From: the human T2T-CHM13v2.0 reference genome, Homo sapiens
Reading direction: 5' to 3' (one strand)
Length of the DNA stretch: 64,000 nucleotides
Assembly (NCBI RefSeq): GCF_009914755.1
Contig: NC_060933.1
The notes beneath the pieces are model-generated. The model saw only the letters and a program-made list of their open reading frames with translations, did no database searches and was not told the origin of the DNA. Below, piece after piece: positions 1 through 12,992 of this stretch. Positions within the stretch are counted from its first letter, which is position 1. Every line of letters begins with the position of its first letter. Made by a program: the position numbers and the translations under genes.

Positions 1-284
1 TGAGATCACGGTGTGAATGTGTGTGCATGTATGTGTTTTAAAAAGAAGTTTATAATAAATACCAAATTATGGATAGCAGTTTGTCCTGGGAAGAGACAAG
101 GATATGGGGAAAATAAAGGAGCACATGATAAGTTATTTATAATATCTTAGTTATTAGGTAAGAAAGCATTTAATATACCATCTTTCAGAAACAACATGTT
201 AATTTAAAAATTATACTCAGGAACCTCACTACCCAGGTTTACACCCTATGTTTATGCTAACTCTACATTCCCAGGAAGTTCATT

Positions 285-435
285 CATCTAACTTGAGTTT
301 CCTTTCTAAAAAAATATGGATAATAGCAGTATCTTCCTCTGGTATTATTTTGAGGGTTTAATGACATATTATTTGTAAAACACTTGGAATTTTGCCTCAT
401 GGAATGTAAGCATCTTAGGAATTCTTGTCAAATAA
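285..435 (+). mobile_element. MIR SINE fragment (core)
   Basis: Degenerate match to the MIR core: ttgagtttcctttctaaaaaaatatggataatagcagtatct...gagggtttaatgac...tgtaaaacactt. Confidence 0.6.
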
Positions 436-1465
436 ACATTATCATATTATTTAAATAAAATTACATAAATATAAAAGTGTGGAATTCATCAAGAATTGTA
501 ATTAATCCAATTATTCATGACTGAGTTCTACATAATGAGGATAAATACGGTAAGAAAAAATAAAAAATATTTTACATTTATATAACTTCTATATTTTGGA
601 TATAAATATATCATTTAGTACATTTTTATCTGTACAAATCTTTCCTTTTTTGTGGAGTTTATCTGCAAGGGTGCAAGCTGCTCACAGTAGGGAAAATAGA
701 GCATGTTTTAGTGACCCTTTCAGATAGTGCTCCAAGGTCTTTTCCGAGCCAAGGAATTTTAACTATTGCCATCTTCTTTTATTAAGCTTCAAATCCCAAA
801 GTTTGATTTAATCAAAGTTATTCAAAGGCAGACCAGAAATGGAGCACTGGGCAATGGAAAGTGACAGATTAAATGCATCACCTTCATCCATCCCCAAGAA
901 CATATTAGAATGATAGGGTGAGGAATACAGCTAACTTTCTGTGCCTTAGTCTTTTTATCATGCCCTTAAGAGACACCATTTTCAGTCACCACACTCAATC
1001 CTCATGAAGTTGAGTTGTATGTGCATATCTGCGTGCAGTATTGGGGTCCTGTCCAATAGTTCCCCTTGTGCCATTGTTCATGCCTGAGTTTGGGTCATAA
1101 TTTGTGTACTGAAATGATTTGGGTTTTGGTCCCTCAGATTTACAGATCCAATTCTAAAGTTATTTAGGGCAAATTGAAGGATGAATCCTGAACTTGAAAT
1201 TTGCAGGGCAGGTACAGGAAATGTGTATAGGTATAAAACAACTGAAAATGCTGATAACAGAATGATCAAGTAGATAGAATTAAAGATAGCAAAGTAGGTA
1301 TTAGAGCCTGAGAGAAAATTGGAAGGCTTTAGGGGCCCGTAAGTCTCTAAGAAATCAGAAAGGAGTGACAATAGAAAAAAAAGGTATAAAAATACACATT
1401 GTTTTAATCAGAAATGAGGATATCGGCTTCTAATATAAAATGTACCCTTTAATTAATTAATTAAT

Positions 1466-1620
1466 TGTTCATTAATAATCACTTATTTGTTATCTACTAT
1501 CTCTAAAGCCTTGCTCTAGACAAAGTCGTAAACACAAAATGCAAAACTCTCTAATTTCCTGAAGTTTACCTTCTATTAGAGGAGTTAAAAATAACATATT
1601 TAGACTGTTAATGGAGAAAA
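1466..1620 (-). mobile_element. L2 LINE 3' end fragment
   Basis: ttcattaataatcacttatttgttatctactat...cctgaagtttaccttcta resembles the reverse complement of the L2 3' terminus. Confidence 0.5.
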
Positions 1621-1624
1621 AATT

Positions 1625-1808
1625 AACTACTCAATAGGTAGCTTTTCAACCCATGTCCCCCTCCTTCCCTCTCCACTCCAGTAGTACAGATTATCTATTG
1701 TCCCCATGTTTATACACACGTGTGCTCAATGTTTAGCTTCCACTTATAAGTGAGAACACATGGTATTTGATTTCTGTTTCTGTGTTATTTGCTTAGGATT
1801 ATATGCCA
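1625..1808 (-). mobile_element. Old primate L1 (L1PA13-16/L1PB-like) 3'UTR fragment
   Basis: gctcaatgtttagcttccacttataagtgagaacacatggtatttgatttctgtttc is the typical antisense L1 ORF2-end/3'UTR. Confidence 0.75.
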
Positions 1809-4034
1809 GACTTTATAAATAAATTCTGTGTGGTGGTGTGGGCAGGTGGTAATAAAGAGATCAAACTAGGAACACTCCAGAGGTCTGGATTCTTTCCTCA
1901 CTATTGGTCCCAAAAACATACGTTTGTTGTTTCCAAAGTTTCAACGAATTATGGTTCTTATGGTCTGGGGAACAGAGGCTACCTAGAAAAGTGCTCTTCT
2001 CGGTTTATGTCCTAGATAATCGGAGTATAATTTATCTCTCTCTTTAGTCATACCGAAGAAGGTATTGAAGAGGCAGGTACAAAAAAGACAGGAGACACAC
2101 AGGGTATTGGTCCTAGACATCTCACCTGAATTAGGGATTTAAGTCTTGTATCATCTCTAGGATTTACCTAGATAGAATGATATACAGAGATAGGATCACT
2201 GAGAGATTAGTGAATATACCCTTATCACTAATAAAAAGTTCCCTTTCTCTTTCAATTCAAAATAATGACAGGATATCAATACAGCAGGCATACACAAAAA
2301 CTTATTTGAATAGGTAGTTTTAAAAAAAAGTTAATACATGGAGTGCAGCACTCCATTTAGAATTGCCTCTGAACAGTGTGAAGGCAAAACATAACTGTTG
2401 GTTATGTGTAAAATGAACACAGTGTTTTGTGAAAGTTAATAAGAGTTATGTAATTAAACTTTTCATGGCATTAAATCATGAGTACATTTCATTTAAAAAA
2501 ATTGTTAATGCATCTCATTTTTATAGCCTACTATTAGATAGCAGCTCCTATAATTGATCTTAATTGCTTGATTTGCATGAAAAACTATGAAGTATTGAGA
2601 ATGTATAATTGAAAATATTGCAATAATAATTACCTTAAATATTTAAATGTGTAAAAAGAAAATAATATTGGAGCGTCCTCTTAGATTTGGACATTTTAAA
2701 AATGACAAAGTGAGATTACCAAAATTATGCTATGTTTCATAAATTAACATTTAATGAATCAATGCTTTGTATAAAAAGACAAAAATAATTTTTTAAATTG
2801 AGTATGTGCTGGAGTTATATACAACCTAGCAAAGGAGATATGTTAACTAATCAATCCACAAAGAAACAAATAAAGTGCTATTTTAAAATTATAAATAAAA
2901 TATTGCACATGTACAGAGGAGAAAATACTTGATTGCTTGTACCTCAAGTCATAATTCATATTTATTTGTTTTTGGATAATTTTTGAAATAAAACTAACAG
3001 TATTTTCATATATAACAAAATTAGTTTACCCAGAGTCTTTTCTTAACTACAATGGTGTCTGTGTAGAGCATTTGGGATATCAAGAAAAGTAAGCAAATAA
3101 AGGTTCTATTACTACATCAAAGTTTCATTGCAGAAAATTAATTTTTTCACTTTTCTCAATTTTTTCATTATGATATGTCTTATCATGTTAAGAAAAGAGA
3201 TCAGTGATACTGTGCCATAAGTTTCTAATGATCAGTTACAGATTTTTGTTTTTTTTTATGTTCTAAATAGGAATTTGTTCCAGGACCATAGAATTATGTG
3301 TGATTATTGAAATGTGATAATATATTTGATAGAAAGAGCAAAATATAAGTATACCAAAAATTATCTAAATATTATTATTCAAATACTATATACTGATAAA
3401 GTATTGTGTAATATGCATTGCACAAAAATGTAAGGGCAACTTGTTTTCAGTTATACTATGAGTCATATATATAATGTGAGAATTAAGAAAAACATAGACT
3501 CATTACTTTAATAAGAAAAATATAAAAGAATTTAAAAGTTTAAAGAAAAATTTCCCACCTAGTAATTTTTATATAAAGTGATTATTTTCCCAGAAAAAAA
3601 TAACCTATATTTTCTGTACTACATTCAGAGAATCCTAAGATTTTATCAGAAAATAAAATATATTTTTACTAGTAATCATTATTCTCAAATATCAAGTAGT
3701 TAACATTTTATACTTAACCCAATACATAAGAGAATTTTCACTTATTGATTGTTACTTTGACTATATGCTTTCAAGTTAATTATCTTTTCTTGAAGTTTTT
3801 ATTTCTTAATGTTTGACACAAAAATATAGGTTTACAAATGTTTAAATACTACTAAGGCTTTTCATTTTTAGAACCTTAACATCATTGAACTGAGAAAGCT
3901 ACATAGAATAACACGTTTATATTTCTGGAGTCAACAACACTTTTAAAGTAGTAATGAATATAATGGCAAAACTCTGTCTTAAAATGTTTTCAACTTTGTC
4001 TCTGGAATATATAATTACTCACACTGAAAAATTA

Positions 4035-4665
4035 TGTTGGTGGGACTGTAAACTAGTTCAACCATTGTGGAAGTCAGTGTGGTGATTCCTCAGGGATCTA
4101 GAACTAGAAATACCATTTGACCCAGCCATCCCATTACTGGGTATATACCCAAAGGATTATAAATCATGCTGCTATAAAGACACATGCACACGTATGTTTA
4201 TTGTGGCACTATTCACAATAGCGAAGACTTGGAACCAACCCAAATGTCTAACAATGACAGACTCGATTAAGAAAATGTGGCACATATACATCATGGAATA
4301 CCATGCAGCCATAAAAAAGGATGAGTTCATGTCCTTTGTAGGGACATGGATGAAGCTGGAAACCATCATTCTCAGCAAACTATCGCAAGGACAAAAAACC
4401 AAACACCACATGTTCTCACTCATAGGTGGGAACTGAACAATGAGAACACATGGACACAGGAAGAGGAACATCACACACCAGGGACTGTTGTGGCGTTGGG
4501 GGAGGGGGGAGGGATAGCATTAGGAGATATACCTAATGCTAAATGACGAGTTAATGGGTGCAGCACACCAACATGGCACATGTATACATATGTAACAAAC
4601 CTGCACGTTGTGCACATGTACCCTAAAACTTAAAGTATAATAATAATAATAATAAAATAAATAAA
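4035..4665 (+). mobile_element. 5'-truncated L1PA (L1PA4-like) 3' end
   Basis: Encodes the ORF2 C-terminus (MFIVALFTIAKTWNQPKC...SLIGGN), followed by the G-rich 3'UTR, ccctaaaacttaaagtataat and an A-rich tail. Confidence 0.95.
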
Positions 4666-4689
4666 TATGTACAAAGTGAAAAAAAAAGA

Positions 4690-5028
4690 AAAAGACACTA
4701 ACATGCAAAAAGTAAACAATTCTAGGTATAAAATCCACTGGTAAAATTAAGTACAAAATTAAACACAGAATTACTGTTGTAATTTTGGTGTTCAATCCAC
4801 TCATAAATATATTATAAAGCCATTAAGACAAATCTATCTAAAACTATAATATTTATAGAAACTTGTTAAGAGATAGGTGATAAAAAATATATAAATTGAG
4901 ACAATATTTGAGGTAATGAAGTTTAAGGGTATAATTTTTACTTTTCATTTCATTGTTTATTTGTTCCTAGTATTTTCTTTGTTATCAAAGATAATTTTTC
5001 ATTTCTTTAAAATAACTTGTTTTTTATA

Positions 5029-5084
<56 letters not shown>

Positions 5085-7715
5085 CACATACACACACACA
5101 ATGGTTTTGTAAGCTTTATGGTAATCAAAATGCAAAAAACATAAAATAGATTCACTAAAAATAAAAAGCAATAAATTAAAATGTACTACTAGAGAAAATC
5201 ACTTACCCACAAAGGAAGACAGTAAGAAAAGGAGAAAAAGAGACAAATTACAAAAACAACTAGAAAATCAGCAACAAAATGGCAGTAGTATGTCCTTTCT
5301 TATCAATAATAACACTGAATGTAAATGGACTCAGTTCTCCAGTTGAGAGGCAGAGTTGCTGAATATATAAAGAAGCAAGACCCTATCATATGCTGCCTAT
5401 AAGAAAACCACTTTGTCTATAAAGACACATACAGACTGAAAGTAAAGGGGTGTAGAAAGTTATTCCATTCACCTGAAAACCAAAAAAAGAGCAAGAGTAG
5501 CCATACTTGTAACACATAAAATAAATTACAGATCAAATACTGTAAAATGAAACAAATGAGGTCACTATATGTTGATATAGGGGTCAGTTAAGCAAGAGGA
5601 TGTAACAATAATAAATACCTATGCATTCAAATGAAGCTCCCAGGTATATAAAGCAAACACAAACATGAATAGATCCAAAGGGAAAGATAGACTGCAATAC
5701 AATAATAGTAGGAGACTTCAACACCCCACTCTCAGTAATAAACAGATCATCCAGTTAGAAAATCAATGAAGAAACATGGGAATTAAACTACACACTAAAC
5801 CAAATAGGCCTGACATTCACAGAACATTACAGCCAAGTATGACAGAATACACATTTTTTTTAAATCCACACAAGAAACATTCTCCAGAATAGACCATATT
5901 TTAGGCCATAAGGGAAGTCTCAACAAATTCAAAAAGTAGAAATCTTATAAATTATCTTTTCAGACAACAATGAAATAAAACTAGAAATCAATAACAAGCA
6001 TAACCTTGGAAGATACCCAAACACATGAAAATTAAACAACATGCTCCTGAATGACAAAGTAATAAGGAAATTAAGAAGGAAATTTAAAATATTGTTGAAA
6101 TAAATGAAAATGGAAATGCAACATATTGAATCTATGGGATACAGCAAAAGCAGTATTAAGAGGGAAGTTTACAGTAATAAATGCCTATATCAAAAGAGTA
6201 GAAAGACTTCAAAGAAAACTCTAATGATGTACCTCAAGAACTAGAAAAGCAAGAGAAACAAAATGTAAAATTAGTAGAAGAAATGAAATAATAAAGATCT
6301 GGGCAGAAATACATTGAATTAAGTCAAAAAATACAAAAAATAAATACCACAAAGGTTGACTTTTTAAAAAGATAAAATCAACACACCTTTAGCTAGACTA
6401 AGAAGAAATGAGAGTAGACACAAATAAATGAAATCAGGAATGAGAAAGGAGATGTAACAATTGAGACCTCAAAAATTTGAATAATCATTAAAAACTATTA
6501 CAAACAACTACATGGCAACAAATTGAAAACTTAGAAGAAATCCATAAATTTATGGAAACATACAGTCTGCTGGGATTGAAACATAAAGAAATAGAAAACC
6601 TCAATAAGCTAATAATGAGTAACAAGATGGAAGTTGAAATAAAAAGTTTTCATCAAAGGAAAGCCCAGAATATGATGGCTTCACTACTGAATTCTACAAA
6701 ATATTTTAAAAAGCACCACCAATCTACTGAAACTGTTTAAAACAATTGAGAACATAATATTTCCAAATTTATTCTTATAAGGCCAAGATTATCTGATGCC
6801 AAAACTAAACAAGACACAACAATAACAACAACAAAAACTACAGGCCAATATCACTGATAAACATAAATGCAAAGTTCCTCAACAAATACTGACAAACCAA
6901 AGTTAACAACACATTATAAAGATCATTCACCATAATCATGTGGGAGTCATCCCAGGAATGTAAGGAGGTTCAACATATTCAAATCAATAAACATAGTACA
7001 TCATATTAACAAACCAAGAACAAAAGCTTTATGATCATTGAAATACATGCAAGAAAATATTGAATATATTTAAGATACACACAATAAATGTTGACTGTAT
7101 TTAAAATTTATTGAAATTTAATAAAATTCCACATACATTTATGATTAAATGCCCCAAACAAACTGGATTTATAGGGAGCCAACCTCAACATAATAACAAC
7201 CATAGATGAAAAACTCACAGCTAAAATCAAACTCAATGAGAAATAAATTGAAGACCTTTCCACCGGGATCTGGAACAAGACAAGCATGCCCACTTTTTCC
7301 ACTACTATTCAGCACAGTACGGGAAGTCCTGGTCTAAGCAATTAGTCAAGATAAAAAAATTAAGAACATCCACATTAGAAAAGAAGATGCCAAATTAGCC
7401 TTGTGCACAGGCAACATGATCCACTACTTTAAAAACACTAAAGACTCCACCAAAAACACTGTTGTAAATGATAAACAAATTTAGTAAAGTCGCAGCATAC
7501 AAAATCACCACACAAAACTTAGCATTTATATATGGCAATGGTGAACAATATGAAAGAAAGCAATGCCATTTACAGGAGATTAAAAAAAATCTAGGAATAA
7601 ATATGACCAAGGAAAGAAAAGACATTGACAATGAAAACAAAAAAACTCTGATGAAATAAACTGAAGTGGATGCAAACAAATGGAAAGACATCACATGCTC
7701 GTGAATCAGAAAAAA
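4690..7715 (+). mobile_element. Old L1MA-type element, 5' part (inter-ORF region plus degenerate ORF2 EN/RT)
   Basis: Long inter-ORF spacer, then a decayed ORF2 start near 5279 (atggcagtagta...acactgaatgtaaatggactc = TLNVNGL; GDFNTPLS at about 5711). Many stops and frameshifts. Confidence 0.9.
5025..5100. repeat. (TA)n-(CA)n microsatellite
   Basis: Directly visible dinucleotide run. Confidence 0.98.
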
Positions 7716-9290
7716 GAATTTTTAACTTTTATTTTAGGTTCAGGGGTATATGTTCAAGTTTGTTATATAGGTAAATTCATGTCATAGAATTGTTGTACAG
7801 AATATTTCATCCTCTAGGTACTAAGCCTAGTACACAATAGTAATTTTTTCTGATCTTCTCCCTCTTCCCAACCTCCATCTTCAAGTAGGATGAACTGCTG
7901 AAAGATTCCTGTGAGTCTGATGAGCTTCCATCTGTAGGTGATCTGTCCTTTCTCTCTAGCTGCCTTTAACACTTTTTCTTTCATATCGATTTTGGAGAAA
8001 TTGATGATTATGTGCCTTGAGGATTATCTTTTTCTAAAGGTGTCTTGTGAGGATTCTCTGAATTTTCTGAATTTGAATGTGGGCTTCTTTAGCTAGGTTA
8101 GAGAAGTTCTCATGGGTGATATCCTGAAATACGTTTTCCAAGCTGCTTCCATTCTCCTCATCTCTTTCAGGGATGCCAATGAATCATAGATCTGGTCTCT
8201 TTATATAGTCCAATATTTCTTGGAAGTTGTATTTATTCTTTTTCATACTTTTTTATTCCTTATTCCTTTCTTACTGTCTTGTGTCCGAAAACCAGTCCTC
8301 AAGCTCTGAGATTGTTTACTCAGCTTGGTTTATTCTGCTGTTAATACTTGTGATTGCATTATAAAATCCTTGTAGTATTTCCTATAGCTCTATTAATTCA
8401 GTTATGTTCTTTGCTATAATGGCTATTTTGTCTGTCAGCTCCTGTGTCATTTTACTGTCTTTCTTAGCTTCCTTGGATTGGGTTTCAACATTCTCCTGAA
8501 TCTCAATGATCTTCATTCCTATCTATATTCTGAATTCTATTTCTGTCATTTCAGTCCTCTCAGACTGGTTAAGAACACTTGCAGGAGACCTAGCGCAGTC
8601 ATTTGGAAGAAAGAATGCATTCTGGCTTTTTGAGTTGTCAGAGTTCTTGAACTTTTTTTCTCATACTTGTGGGCTGATATTTCTTCAGTCTTTGAAATGG
8701 TTGTCCTATGGACTTTTAAAATTATTTTATCCTATTTGATTGACTTGAGGGTTTGATTGTGATATAAGGTGGGTTTGATCAACAGGTTTTGTTTCTGGAA
8801 GCTTTTTAGGAGTCAAGGCTCAGCTCAGGACTCCTGGACTGTGTGGTCTAACTCTGGGAGACTAGCGAGGGTATTTATTGGGCTTGGCTTTGTGTTTTTT
8901 TACTCTTTGAGGTTAGGAACTTGCTGGGCTGGAGGGACCAAGGGTGTTCCTGGACCACTGGTTACAACATTCCGATGGGTGGTGCCAGCCAATGTGCTTC
9001 CTAGACCAGTGGAGATGGGGTCTTTCCTTATTCACACATTCCAGCACCAGTAGCAGCAGCAGCACCGCAGGGTGCTGCAGCAGCATGCTAGCAGGTGCCA
9101 GGGTACTGGCCTCTGTTGGCATTCACAGCAGTGGGGGTATCAGCACAGCTCAGGGGAGGCAGGGGGCACCCTCCAGCAAATGTGTGTGCATTTGTACTAG
9201 TGGTAGTGTTAGTGGATCATTTGTGGGCAGAGGACTCTGTGTACCAACTGTGCATATTCACAAGGATGGCAGTGGCTGCTCAGGGGAAAA
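7716..9290 (-). mobile_element. Nested antisense L1 (L1PA13-16-like): 5'UTR and ORF1 joined directly to the 3'UTR tail, ORF2 absent
   Basis: 7716-7890 is an antisense 3' terminus (tttattttaggttcaggggtatatg...). 7890-8700 is antisense ORF1 (ctgtcctttctctctagctgcctttaac). 8700-9290 is GC-richer 5'UTR-like sequence. Host ORF2 resumes collinearly at about 9290. Confidence 0.85.
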
Positions 9291-10975
9291 TTTAAATGAC
9301 CATACAACTTATAGTAATCTACAGATTCAGTGTGGTCTCTATCAATGTAGCAGTGAAACTCTTCATAGAAATTTGTATGAAATAACAAAAATCCTAAATA
9401 CCTAAAGCAATGCTGAGCAAAAAAGAACAAGGTTGGAAGCATCACACTATCTTACTCAAAATATATTAAAAGCCATAGTAACCAAAACAGCATTGTCCTT
9501 GCATAAAAACAGAGAAATTGACTAATTGAATAAAGAACCCAGAAATAAATATACATATTTATAGCCCATTAATTTTTGACAAAGACACTAAGAACATACA
9601 TTAGAGAAAGAACACACATTAGTGAAAAAAAATCTTCAATAAATGGTAATGGGAAAACTGAATATCTGTATTTAGAAGAATGAAATGAAACCCCTATATT
9701 TCACCACATACAAAAAAATAGCACACTATGGATTAAATCCTTACATTTAAGACTTAAACTATAAAATTACTAGAAGAGTATGTGGTGGGAATGCTTTAAG
9801 ACATTGTTGTCAGCAAATATTTTATGGATAAGACCTATAAAGCAAGGTAACCAAAACAAGAATGAAAAAAATGGGGTTACATTAAATTTAAAAGCTTCTG
9901 CACAGCAAAGAAAACAATCAATAGCATAAAGAGGCAACCTTTAGAATGGGAGAAAATCTTTACAAACTATCTGACAAGTGACTAACATCCAGATATGCAA
10001 GAATATAAGGTACTGAAACAGGCAAACAAACAAAAATAAAAAAAAAAATTCCACTAAAAAGTCAGAAAAGTATCTGCATAGACATTTCTCAAAATAGTAT
10101 ATACTAATGGCCTTATAAAACATACTCAGCATCACCAGTCATCATGGAAATGTATATCAAAACCACAATGTAATATCATCTACCCCAGTTAGAATGACTA
10201 TTATCAAAAAAGAAAAACTGTAATAAATGCTGGGAGCATGTGGATACAAAAGATGCAGATACCGATGGTGGTGATACAAATTGGTACAGTCATTATGAAA
10301 AACAGTATGGATGTTTCTTCTAAAAAACTAAAAATAGAACTACCATATGATCTAGCAATCTCACCACTGAGTATTTATCCAAAGGAAAGGAAATAAGTAT
10401 ATCCAAGGAATACCTAGACCCTCAAACTTACTATAGCACTATACATAATCACCAGATATATAATCAACAAGTGTCCATCAACAGATAAATGCATAAAGAC
10501 AATGTGGTATACATACACAGTGGAATACTATTCAGCCATTAAAAATAATACAATTCTATCTTTTGCAGCAACGTGGATGGAGCTGGAGGTCATCATTATG
10601 TTCAGTGAAATAACCCAGACACAGAAAGACAAATACTGCGTGTTTTCACTCATATGAGGTAGTTTAAAAATTGATCTCTCATGGAGGTAGGGAGTAGAAT
10701 GATGGTTACAATAGGCTGAGAAGGGAGGCATGGGAGATTGAAGAGCAGTTGGTTAATGGTTGCAAACATAAAATTAGAGAGAAGAAACAAATTCTAGTGT
10801 TTGATAGCACAGCAGGGTGACTATAAGTGAAGAATTACTTAATGTATGTTTTAAAATAGCTAGAAGAGAATATTTGAAATGTCCCCAACACAAATAAATG
10901 ATAAGTATTCAAGGTGATGGATATTCTAAATATCTTGATTTGACCATTACCTATTATATGCCTATATGAAAATAT
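9291..10975 (+). mobile_element. Old L1MA-type element, 3' part (ORF2 C-terminal half and 3'UTR)
   Basis: aaatgaccatac...aaaagcttctgcacagcaaagaaaacaatc..., followed by an L1MA-type 3'UTR (gatagcacagcagggtgactata...aaaatagctagaagag...ggtgatggatattc). Confidence 0.9.
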
Positions 10976-11949
10976 CTTTTAAAAATTAGAAAACATTACT
11001 TAGGGAAATGCAAATTATTTGGTTTTTGACATGGCACTTTTATCACCTGTTTTACTAATAATTCATGCATAACTACTTTTCACAAACAGTGTTAGTAATG
11101 ACCAAAGTGTGTATTTATTCTGTTACCTGCAGGAATAGGAAAGAAGTATAGCTTTTGTTAACTTGCAATGTGAAAAAGCTCAGGCCAAAATAACTGGTCT
11201 AAAAGATTAATTGAATTTTTACATTAATGTTCATTTTTCATATTAAGCCCTGAATGAAAGTATTTATATTAAAAATGAACTCTTTGCCTTGAATTTTATC
11301 ATAAAATATCTCATTACTTTTTGTCCATTAATATCTTTGAAGTATTTATAATGTAGTTCTGAAGTGAAGTATTTAGGTCATGTAGGAGATCAATTTAATA
11401 CTGTTTTTCCTAAAATCACTCATCCTGCTTAGTATATTCACATACTATGTTTCAATCAAATCTCGCAAGGATTTGTCATGGAATCCCATAGCCATAGAAA
11501 TGTATTTCTGTGTCCCACAGCAATAATGAAATTCTAAAATAAACTTTTCTCTCTTTTCTCTTTGGATAAAAATATTCTATTTGTAAAAATGTGGTTGTCA
11601 ACATTAATATTGAATTTAAATTGATATGTTGCTAAACCTTAAAATGGGTGAAAGTTGAAGTAAAAAATTTGGAGTATAATTTCTGATGAAGTACGTATAC
11701 ATTTTTTCTAGTAAATATGAATTCAATTATTGAGAGATTTCCTGTGATATGCCTGCTATTTAATAGGAACTTTTTGTTCTTGTTTAAATTTTAAGGCAGG
11801 AATTAAAACCAAAATTGGTTGCTAAATTATTGTACTGCATCTAAATTCTCTGCATAACCACCTCAATGCTTTTTAACTCGTTATTTAAAGTATTGTGCTC
11901 ATACTGCTAATTGAAACAACTAAGTTGTGCTCATGAAATTAAAATCTAT

Positions 11950-12140
11950 TGTGGTCTAGGTACTTCGAACATTGTCTAATTTAATTTCAAAAACTTATGA
12001 AGTTTATTATTCTAGTTTTACAAATGAATAAACTGGGAGTTGAAGTTTACTAAATTAATTGTATTATTTACAAAAACACAATGTTTAATGGTGAAAATAT
12101 AACTCAGAAATAGGTCTTCATAACATTATAATTCAGGTTC
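11950..12140 (-). mobile_element. MIR fragment
   Basis: attattctagttttacaaatgaataaactggg resembles the antisense MIR core. Confidence 0.5.
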
Positions 12141-12227
12141 TTTTTGTTGTACCTTGGTGCACTAGAGATTGTTTTCTACATTTGTTTCACAAAGCAGTGT
12201 CATTGACTACATGGTAAGCTCAGAGTT

Positions 12228-12992
12228 CTTTTTTTTTTTTTTAATACTTTTAAGTTTTAGGATACATGTGCACAACGTGCAGGTTTGTTACATATGTATA
12301 CATGTGCCATGTTGGTGTGCTGCACCCACCAACTCATCATTTAGCATTAGGTATATGTCCTAATGCTATCCCTCCCCCCTCCCCCAACCCCACAACAGGC
12401 CCCACTGTGTGATGTTCCCCTCCCTGTGTCCACGTGTTCTCATTGTTCAATTCCCACCCATGAGTGAGAACATGCGGTGTTTGGTTTTTTGTCCCTGCAA
12501 TAGTTTGCTGAGAATGATGGTTTCCAGCTTCATCCATGTCCCTACGAAGGACGTGAACTCATCATTTTTTATGGCTGCATAGTATTCCATGGTGTTTATG
12601 TGCCACATTTTCTTAATCCAGTCTGTCATTGTTGGACATCTGGGTTGGTTCCAAGTCTTTGCTATTGTGAATAGTGCCGCAATAAACATACGTGTGCATG
12701 TGTCTTTATAGCAGCATGATTTATAATCCTTTGGGTATATACCCAGTAGTGGGATGGCTGGGTCAAATGGTATTTCTAGTTCTAGATCCCTGAGGAATCG
12801 CCACACCGACTTCCACAATGGTTGAACTAGTTTACAGTCCCACCAACAGTGTAAAAGTGTTCCCATTTCTCCACATCCTCTCCAGCACCTGTTGTTTCCT
12901 GACTTTTTAATGATCACCATTCTAACTGGTGTGAGACGGTATCTCATTGTGGTTTTGATTTGATTTGATGGCCAGTGATGATGAGCACTTTT
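12228..12992 (-). mobile_element. 5'-truncated L1PA (L1PA5-like) 3' end
   Basis: Poly-T followed by antisense 3'UTR. Minus-strand ORF 12447-12947 is the ORF2 Cys-rich C-terminus ([10 protein letters not shown]...[26 protein letters not shown]). Confidence 0.95.

Noticed and set aside
2338-2356. Inverted repeat atggagtgc-a-gcactccat
   Set aside because: 9-bp arms are expected by chance in 64 kb.
8944-9405. 153-aa ORF with a Ser-rich/CAG-like run
   Set aside because: It lies in the GC-rich 5' region of the nested L1 and crosses into the host L1, with no homology to a real protein that I recognise.
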